A stretch of 64,000 nt of DNA. Source: an uncultured Chloroflexia bacterium (GTDB lineage: Bacteria > Chloroflexota > Anaerolineae > JAAYZQ01). The notes below the pieces were generated by a model. The model was not told the origin of the DNA, made no database searches, and saw nothing but the letters and a program-made list of their open reading frames with translations. Below, one piece after another: positions 56,772 to 64,000 of the stretch; position 1 is the stretch's first letter; the number at the start of each line of letters is the position of its first letter. A program made the translations under genes and the position numbers. The stretch spans positions 2,080,001 to 2,144,000 of the forward strand of contig CAVOXA010000010.1 of assembly GCA_963700285.1 (NCBI GenBank), read 5' to 3'.

Positions 56772-57239
56772 TCAGGAAAAAAGATCTGGTGTCACAAGCC
56801 AGCAAACCGACCAAGTCCGGGACCCGTGATGCCTCTCCAAACAGGCGATGCTACCCACTGGAAAATCAACCACCGGGCGCCGCTTGCTGCCCGCCAGCAA
56901 TAACCCCGCCAGTCGGACCAGAGAGGGATAGTGCCCCACAAGCATCAGCGACCTTGTCTCCTGGTTCAGGACCTCGGCCATGTGCCTGACATCGTCTTCG
57001 GGCCCGAGGCCAGGTACGGATGCTACGCCGCCGGCTGGCCCCAGATGTTCGGCCAAGATCATCGCCGTTTCCTCGGCCCGACGCCTGTCGCTGTGGCAGA
57101 TCTGGTAGACCTCAACGCCCGCGCCCCGGGCAAAGGCTGCCACCTGCGCCATGTCGTCCCGCCCCCGTTCTGTTAGTGGCCGTGTTGGATCTACAGCCCC
57201 GGATGCCGCCTCGCCATGCCGAACCAAATAGAACCGCAT
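56772..57239 (-). CDS. sixA: Phosphohistidine phosphatase SixA
   Basis: YLVRHG, RPLTERG, RAEETA, MLVGH. Confidence 0.9.
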   Translation of the reverse strand: MRFYLVRHGEAASGAVDPTRPLTERGRDDMAQVAAFARGAGVEVYQICHSDRRRAEETAMILAEHLGPAGGVASVPGLGPEDDVRHMAEVLNQETRSLMLVGHYPSLVRLAGLLLAGSKRRPVVDFPVGSIACLERHHGSRTWSVCWLVTPDLFS

Positions 57240-57374
57240 CGTGTCCTCCCTCTCACCTGGACTGACCGTAGCATAGCATGGAAAAACATCGATGTCAATC
57301 ACGTCCCTCCCACATTGTCATTCCCGCTCCTACCGCCGTGAGGATGAACTACGGCGGGATCACAGCAGGGTTGT

Positions 57375-57403
57375 TTGACAATCCGGCAGAAATCGCGTAT
57401 ATT
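57375..57403 (+). promoter_or_regulatory. Sigma70 promoter of the topoisomerase gene
   Basis: TTGACA-17-TATATT. Confidence 0.7.
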
Positions 57404-57448
57404 AAGGTTGAGAAACCCAAAACCGAATGCTACCCCGGATGAGCACGC

Positions 57449-59984
57449 ATGGAAATTGGAACCGTTCGACAGATTGATATTGATCAGGAGATGCAGGGCG
57501 CTTACCTGGACTATGCCATGAGCGTCATCGTCTCCCGAGCGCTGCCCGACGTACGCGATGGGCTCAAGCCAGTCCACCGCCGTATCTTGTATGCCATGCA
57601 CGACATGGGCTCGCGGCCCAACACTCCCTACAAGAAAAGCGCGCGCATCGTTGGTGAGGTTCTGGGCAAGTATCATCCCCATGGGGATGCCGCCGTCTAT
57701 GAGGCAATGGCCCGTATGGCCCAGGATTTCAGCCTGCGCTACATGCTCGTAGATGGCCAGGGGAATTTTGGCTCCATTGACGGCGACAGCCCGGCTGCCA
57801 TGCGCTACACCGAGGCGCGCATGGCGCACATCGCCATGGAAATACTGGCCGACATCGACAAAGACACCGTGGACTTTGTCCCCAACTTTGACGACACCCT
57901 CACCGAGCCGGCCGTGCTGCCGGCTGCCCTGCCCAATCTGCTCATCAACGGTGCGTCAGGTATTGCCGTCGGTATGACCACCAACGTCCCTCCACACAAC
58001 TTGGCTGAGGTGTGCGATGCCCTTGCCTACCTCATCGACAATTACCGAAAGCTGGACGACGTGACCGTGGAGGACCTTGCCCGCTTCATACAGGGGCCCG
58101 ATTTTCCAACCGGTGGCGTCGTCTACCGCTATGCTGGCGAGGATGGAGACGGTGAGCGGGTTGACCTGGTGCGAAACGCCTACGCACTGGGCCGTGGAAG
58201 TCTCACAGTACAAGCCCAGGTCCACATCGAGGAGATGAGTCGCAATCGCAACCGCATCGTCGTCACGGAACTGCCATACCAGGTGAACAAAACTCGTCTC
58301 ATCGAGCGCATCGCCGAACTGGTCCGCGATGGCCGCATTGAAGGCATCACCGACCTGCGGGACGAATCGGACCGCCAGGGCATGCGCGTCTGCATCGAAT
58401 TGACGCGAACAGTCCAGCCCCGCGACATCCTATTCCAACTCTTCAAGCTCACGCCCATGCAGACCACTTTTGGCATGAGGATGCTGGCCCTGGTGGATGG
58501 CGAGCCCCGCCTGCTGTCCCTGCAGCGGGTACTGGTCCACTATCTGGAACACCGGCAGGAGGTCATTGTCCGGCGCAGTCGCTACCTGCTGGAGCGGGCC
58601 AAGCTGCGAGCACACATTCTGGAAGGCCTCCTCAAGGCCCTGGACAATATTGACGAGGTGATTGCTATCATTCGCCGTTCGCGTACTACCGATACGGCGC
58701 AAAAGAACCTGATGAGCGATCTCAAGCTGACAGAGATCCAGGCCCAGGCCATTCTCGAAATGCCACTCAAGCGGCTTGGCGGCCTTGGAACGGCGCAAGA
58801 TTGCCGACGAGTACAGCGAAAGGCTCAAGGAGGTCAAGCACCTGCAGAGCCTGCTCCGCAGTCCGGACAAAATCCGGAAGGTCATTCGCGAGGATCTTCT
58901 GGCGCTCAAGACCCAATATGGCGATGCCCGCCGTACTCGCATCGTAGACCAGGAGAAAGGCTATCACACAGCCCGCGATCTGGTGGAAGCGGACGATGTT
59001 CTCCTGACCCTGTGGCGTGACGGGCAGATAAACCGGATGGCCAAGGCGCCTCGTGTATCGTCCAAGTCCGTCCCGGTGGCCCAAGTGTGGGGCAATACCC
59101 GCGACGATGTGGCCTTTTTCTCCGCCAGTGGCCAAGTGGTCGTTGTGCCCATCCACCAGGTGCCGGATAACCTTGATACCCCCGTCAGCAACCTGACAGA
59201 CCTGGATCGCTCAGAAATCGTGATAAGCGCGATGGTCCTCCCGCATACGCCAGCGGACGAGGAAATGCCCGAGATCTACTTGACCCTGCTCACCCGTGGC
59301 GGACGTATCAAGCGCGTCACGCTGGCAGACCTTGCCTCCTCTGCTGGCCGGGGTCCGATTACGGCCATGAATTTGGAAGGGGATGATCAACTGACCTGGG
59401 TGGTGGAAAGCAATGGCGAAGACGAGTTCCTCCTGGTCACACGACAGGGCAAGGCCATTCGTTTCTCTGAAGACGAGGTACGCCCAGTGGGACTGTCGGC
59501 TGGGGGTGTGCTCGCAGTCAAACTGGGCACAGACGATGCGGTAGTGGGCATGGGGGTGATCCAGAAGGACACGCAAGTTGTTATCCTTACCGAGCAGGGT
59601 TATGCTAAACGCACGGCTGCAGAAGGCTTCCCCTCCCAAAAGCGCTACGGCGGCGGGGTCCAGGCTGCCAAACTCTCATCGCAGACTGGACCGGTAGCCG
59701 TGGCCACCCTGGCAGCCGAAAACCAAAGCCTGGTCCTGATGACGGCCAAAGGCCAGGTGACCCAAATACCCGTGAAGGCCATTCAGGCCACGGGCCGGAC
59801 AGCCGTGGGCCACAAAAGCAGGAAGGACACCCAGGAACCCTACATCGAGCCTGCCACGCACGGTCCCCCTGCCCTGCTTACCGCACTGGCTGGAACAAAG
59901 GCAGCCGCCAGGCGAGTCCATGCAAAGGCCACAGCGTCCAAGACGGAAGGGACGCGCAGCGAAAAACCCAAAGCCTCCAAGTGA
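57449..59984 (+). CDS. gyrA: Type IIA topoisomerase subunit A (GyrA/ParC); frameshift near 58780
   Basis: [42 protein letters not shown]; C-terminal beta-pinwheel in a second frame. May be ParC-like (see findings). Confidence 0.85.
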
Positions 59985-60021
59985 TCAACCTGAGGCCAAG
60001 AACCGAGGAGAAGAACCAGCG

Positions 60022-60399
60022 ATGAACTATCGAGATACACTGGTCACGTGCTCAGAGTGCGGAAAGCAGTTTGTTTTCACTGTGGAAAAGCAGCGCAAAT
60101 TGGCCGACCGCGGCCCGGAGGTCGTTCCTCCAGACCTATGCGGATCTTGCACGCAAGCCACTACGCAAGCCACCTACAAAGGGGGCCAACTTCACGGCCA
60201 AATCAAGTGGTTCAGTCCGGAGAAGGGCTACGGCTTCCTGGTCCAAGAGGATGGCAGCGAGCTTTTTGTCCATCGTAGCGGCATAGTACCAACAGCCGAT
60301 GGATCTCCCGCTACACTGGCAGAGGGCCAGGAAGTGCTGTATGAGGTTACCGAATCACCAAAGGGCCCGCAGGCAGTCCACGTAACCCCCTACCCATAG
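60022..60399 (+). CDS. Zinc-ribbon + cold-shock domain protein
   Basis: TCSECGKQFVFT..CGSC, then GQIKWFSPEKGYGFL..ELFVH..KGPQA. Confidence 0.9.
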   Translation: MNYRDTLVTCSECGKQFVFTVEKQRKLADRGPEVVPPDLCGSCTQATTQATYKGGQLHGQIKWFSPEKGYGFLVQEDGSELFVHRSGIVPTADGSPATLAEGQEVLYEVTESPKGPQAVHVTPYP

Positions 60400-60703
60400 C
60401 AAGCGGTTCAGCCCTTCCCACTGATTACCAGAGGGAGGCTCGCCCCAAGTGAACAACCAATCACCTTGCGTGCCTGGACGTACAGGGTGATTGGCTGTGG
60501 TGCCCTCAGTAGGAATCGTTGTGTGGCAACCCGATGGCTGTCAAGTCATCTGGGTCAATCGCGTCTTGACCCACAGACCATCGTGAAGGAACCTGCCCGG
60601 TCTGTTGCCAGGGGCCGAGGTCAGACCGCGTGCATGATTTGGCGACGTACCACAGCTATGTTATAATCTGCACTTGCGACATTGAAGGAAGGACAACGCG
60701 ATC

Positions 60704-61087
60704 ATGAGCAGCGATCTACTACGATCAGTCGAAGAGCAACAGCAAAAGGATACCATCGAACTCAAGTCGGACTTGCCGAACCTGCGGGTCGGCGATGACG
60801 TGGAGGTCCACTTTCGCATCGTCGAGGGTGATCGGGAGCGGGTCCAGTTGGTACGCGGCACGATCATGCGCATCCGCAATGGGTCAGGCGCCAACGCCAA
60901 TTTCACAGTGCGGCGCATCGCTGCCCACGGCATTGGCGTGGAGCGCACCTTTCCTCTGCACTCACCGCGCATCGAAAAGATCGAGGTGCGACGGCACGCC
61001 CACGTGCGCCGCTCCAAACTCTACTATCTGCGGGGCCGGCAGGGCAAGGCGGCACGCCTGAGAGAAAAGCGGTTCATCAGGAACTAG
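60704..61087 (+). CDS. rplS: 50S ribosomal protein L19
   Basis: [35 protein letters not shown]. Confidence 0.98.
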   Translation: MSSDLLRSVEEQQQKDTIELKSDLPNLRVGDDVEVHFRIVEGDRERVQLVRGTIMRIRNGSGANANFTVRRIAAHGIGVERTFPLHSPRIEKIEVRRHAHVRRSKLYYLRGRQGKAARLREKRFIRN

Positions 61088-61106
61088 CTCCTGGGGATCG
61101 TCCATC

Positions 61107-61180
61107 AAAGAGGGGCGTGCGACGAAGGGTGAGCAACTCGCAGTCGAGTTTGGCTCACAATCTGTCGCACGGCCCTTTTT
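61107..61180 (+). terminator. Long composite hairpin/terminator after rplS
   Basis: AAAGAGGGGCGTGCGAC...GTCGCACGGCCCTTTTT enclosing an inner AACTCG-cagt-CGAGTT stem. Confidence 0.6.
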
Positions 61181-61212
61181 GTATTTTGGCTCCTTGAGCA
61201 AAGACGGCCAAA

Positions 61213-61854
61213 GTGATATCCGCCCCAACCTTAGAACACGAAACTTGCCTGTGGGCCGAGGGCTACCGCCATGTCGCTGGTCTGGATGAAGCGGGACGGG
61301 GGGCCTGGGCCGGACCGGTGGTGGCCGCTGCTGTCGTCCTGCCTTTCGACCAGCCTGACCTGATGCAGCCTCTGGCGGGCGTCCGTGACTCCAAGACCCT
61401 GACGGCGGCGCGGCGAGAAGGACTGATGGAGATCATCAACGACCATGCCCTGGCGTGGGCCATCGGCTCCGTTCCACCGGCCGAGATCGACCGCATGGGC
61501 ATCGCGCCTGCGACCCGCAGTGCCATGGCCCAGGCCCTGGAAGCGCTATCTTGCCCGGCCAACTATCTGCTCATCGACTATCTGCCCCTGCCCGACGTAC
61601 CGCTCCCTCAGCACCATCTACCAAAAGGGGATGTGTGGGTGCTGTCCATCGCCGCCGCCTCTATCGTGGCCAAGGTCCATCGCGACCGGATGATGGTTGG
61701 CCTCGAAGCTTGCTACCCCGGGTATGGATTCGCCAGGCACAAGGGATACGGCACTGCGCAGCACCGGGCAGCCCTGGCTGCCCTGGGCCCATGCCCGGCC
61801 CACCGCATGTCCTTTGCGCCGCTGCAATGCCTTCGGGCGCCGCCTGCGTGCTAA
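61213..61854 (+). CDS. rnhB: Ribonuclease HII
   Basis: GLDEAGRG..AGPV, DSK, SIAAASIVAKV.RD, HKGYGT, HRMSF. Confidence 0.96.
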   Translation: MISAPTLEHETCLWAEGYRHVAGLDEAGRGAWAGPVVAAAVVLPFDQPDLMQPLAGVRDSKTLTAARREGLMEIINDHALAWAIGSVPPAEIDRMGIAPATRSAMAQALEALSCPANYLLIDYLPLPDVPLPQHHLPKGDVWVLSIAAASIVAKVHRDRMMVGLEACYPGYGFARHKGYGTAQHRAALAALGPCPAHRMSFAPLQCLRAPPAC

Positions 61855-61932
61855 TTGGTTGCGTAGCAGCAACTGGTTTTCTGCCACGAATTGTACAAAT
61901 TTCACGAAGGCTGGATACTATAATCCCAGTCT

Positions 61933-62201
61933 CTAGCCACCTATCAGTTTGATGCATAGGGCGCGAACCGTAGTCTGAGAGATTGACCTTGAGCCAAGCA
62001 GCGTTCCAGCCAATCCCAACCAAGGCGGAAGTAGCTTTTGTCGCGGCGGTCCTTGCAGTCCACTCCTCGATCCACATGCGCAGTTTGTAGGTCCGGATCG
62101 TGCGCCAGGTAGCATCAATGTCTGTGACGAGATACCAGGGTTCCTCCTCACCTTTTTCCCACTGGAGGACCGCAGATATAGGACCTTGATCATCGAAAAC
62201 A
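61933..62201 (-). mobile_element. IS4-family transposase remnant with internal deletion
   Basis: EPWYLVT..YKLRMWIEE joined to C-terminal DRRDKSYFRLGWDWL; end AAACTGATAGGTGGCTAG. Confidence 0.7.
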
Positions 62202-63281
62202 GGTTCTTTCGCAATCTTCGTGAAATTGCGGTCTGCAGTGTGCGAGGATAATAGGGACTTTCCCAAACAGGAGGAAAGTCCCTATGCTTGCCCAAGTGCT
62301 CTTGCCGTGCTCGACCAATCTGGAGCTTGACGAAGCAGTTGTTGAGGATGAAGTGATCACCGTAGTGTTCGACTTCACCTGCGGGTCCGTCGCTTCTTCT
62401 GTGACAATGCAGTGTGCAAACGCAAGACCTTTGTTCTGGGAGTTGACGATTGGGCCTGGTGCAAAGGACAGCGTTACGGTACCATTCTCGTTGACCTTGA
62501 GCGTCGCTGTGTCATCGACTTGCTCCCAGATCGTAAGGCAGAAACCCTGGCAGATTGGCTTCGAGATCATCAGCCGCGACCGGGCAGGCGCGTACATCAA
62601 GGGCATCAATCAAGGTGCTCCCGATGCAATCCAGGTCGCTGATCGCTGGCATCTACTGCAAAACTTGACGCTCTCATACGCGTTCTTGAGCAGAATCGAG
62701 CCTGCTTGCATGCTGCGGCAACTGAACCCAATGATGAACGCGAGCCCGAATCACAGCCCGAAATAAGTATGCGTGAAGAGAAAGAAGATCATTCACTGCT
62801 GACCAAGTTAGAACAAAGACAACAAGGATACTCGGACTCGCGTCCATTGGTCAGCCGTTGGGCGGCGCAGATGCGCAAGCAGGAGCCCATGCTCTCAGCA
62901 GATGCTCAAGTGCATGTCAAACCGAAAAGGCAGGTGAAACGAGCCTGGTCGGCACGGTACGCCGTTTGGTTGCTTTTCAGCCAGCCAGAAACGTTGTCAG
63001 GCGAGAAGAAAGCCGTCCTGGAGCGCATGCTGAGTGTCAGCCCCACAATTCGGCGAGTCTACAACTTTGCACAAGCATTCACTCGAATTGTCCGCGACCG
63101 CTATGCCAAGTCCATGGAACCTTGGTTGACCGCTGTGATTGAGTCCAGGATTCCAGAACTGAATGGCTTTGCCCGAAGCCTCAGTCGAGACAAAGATGCG
63201 GTTCTCGCTGCTTTGTCATTGCCTTGGAGCAACGGGCAGGTTGAAGGACAAGTCAACCGTGTTGTGGGCCACGATCTTTGA
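62202..63281 (+). mobile_element. ISL3-family element remnant (fragmented transposase)
   Basis: GGTTCT-type left end at 62202; [48 protein letters not shown] in different frames. Confidence 0.82.
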
Positions 63282-63364
63282 TCAGCCTTTGGCCGAATTA
63301 GGTGGGCAGGGGGTGGCACAAAAAAGGGGGCCGGATGGCCCCCAGGCGGGATGAGCAGAACCGG

Positions 63365-64000
63365 CTACGCACTGCGACTCAGCTCCAGGATCGCGCGCTT
63401 GGCATCGCTCTCGTCGAGGATCTTTTTGCGTTCGGCAAAGCCGAGGAGCAGACCGTTGAGGCAGACGCGGTTCAGTTGGCGAGGCACGCCGTGGCTGAAC
63501 TGGTGGGCGGCGGCGATAAAGCTGTCGGAGAAAGGGCAGCTTTCGGCGCCGGTGACACGCAGATGATGCTTGATGTAGGCAACGGACTCCTGCAAATCGA
63601 AGGGCTGGATGTGGTAGCGGACCTGGATGCGCTGGTCCAGGGCCTCAAAGTCCTTGAGTTGGAGACGGGAGCGTAGATCGGGCTGGCCGAGGAGCACGAG
63701 CGTGAAGGGTGTGGCGGCGTCCATGTCGGCGTTGAGCCAGAAGCGCAGCTCGTGGAGCAGGCGGTTGCTGAGCAGGTGGGCTTCGTCGACGACGAGGACG
63801 GGGCGGCGCCCCTGCTGGGCCAGCTCGGTGAGGGTGTTTCGAAGCCGCTCGCCGAGGCCGCGGGGGTGAAACGTGGTGCTGACGTGGAAGGCGGCGAGCA
63901 GGTAGGCGAACAGAGCCTGGACGGTGAGATTGGGATTGGGTACGTAAGCCGTCAGATAATAGTAGGGATGCTCCTTACAAACCAGAATCAGAAGGCTCGG
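63365..64000 (-). CDS. ExeA-family AAA+ ATPase (transposon-associated type), 5' end beyond or near the window edge
   Basis: Frame open to the edge; PVLVVDEAHLL, LVLLGQP.L, ALDQRI, GVPRQLN. Confidence 0.78.
   Translation of the reverse strand, partial: PSLLILVCKEHPYYYLTAYVPNPNLTVQALFAYLLAAFHVSTTFHPRGLGERLRNTLTELAQQGRRPVLVVDEAHLLSNRLLHELRFWLNADMDAATPFTLVLLGQPDLRSRLQLKDFEALDQRIQVRYHIQPFDLQESVAYIKHHLRVTGAESCPFSDSFIAAAHQFSHGVPRQLNRVCLNGLLLGFAERKKILDESDAKRAILELSRSA

Noticed and set aside
61898-62227. 12-bp inverted match AATTTCACGAAG as MITE ends
   Set aside because: The right copy lies inside the ISL3 left end and no target duplication is seen; likely coincidence.

Overview
Chromosomal, mostly housekeeping DNA. 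It is most likely from a Chloroflexota (Anaerolineae-like) bacterium, inferred from gene content, a C-terminal 'FLPLV' tag and many Pro/Thr-linker envelope proteins. In order it holds: an expanded rpmH-rnpA-yidD-(PQQ beta-propeller lipoprotein)-yidC-jag-(DUF58)-mnmE-(LCP) operon with no dnaA beside rpmH; a truncated PAS-SARP regulator abutting a start-less C25 peptidase; tRNA-Val(GAC) followed by 35-bp repeats and a frameshifted IS; mtaB; GT-C/GT2/GT4 glycosylation genes; a thrC-like gene; recF; an rlmD-like gene; dGTPase; TatD; pgm-gmd-rmd; a TPR L,D-transpeptidase; selB; a sortase; tandem clpB/clpC; sixA; a type IIA topoisomerase A subunit; rplS; rnhB; and nested IS remnants at the right end. 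Many conserved genes carry indels, which suggests long-read or low-coverage consensus errors. No CRISPR array, prophage or recognisable defence system was found. The best leads, all hypotheses, are: a membrane protein with a ParB-like ParA-binding N-terminus, a BamB-like lipoprotein inside the yidC operon, a covarying hairpin triad, heptamer palindromic inserts within coding sequences, the 35-bp repeats after the tRNA, a structured leader before a SWIM protein, and 11-bp direct repeats at the clpB promoter. Family calls come from motif recognition by eye; no searches were run.
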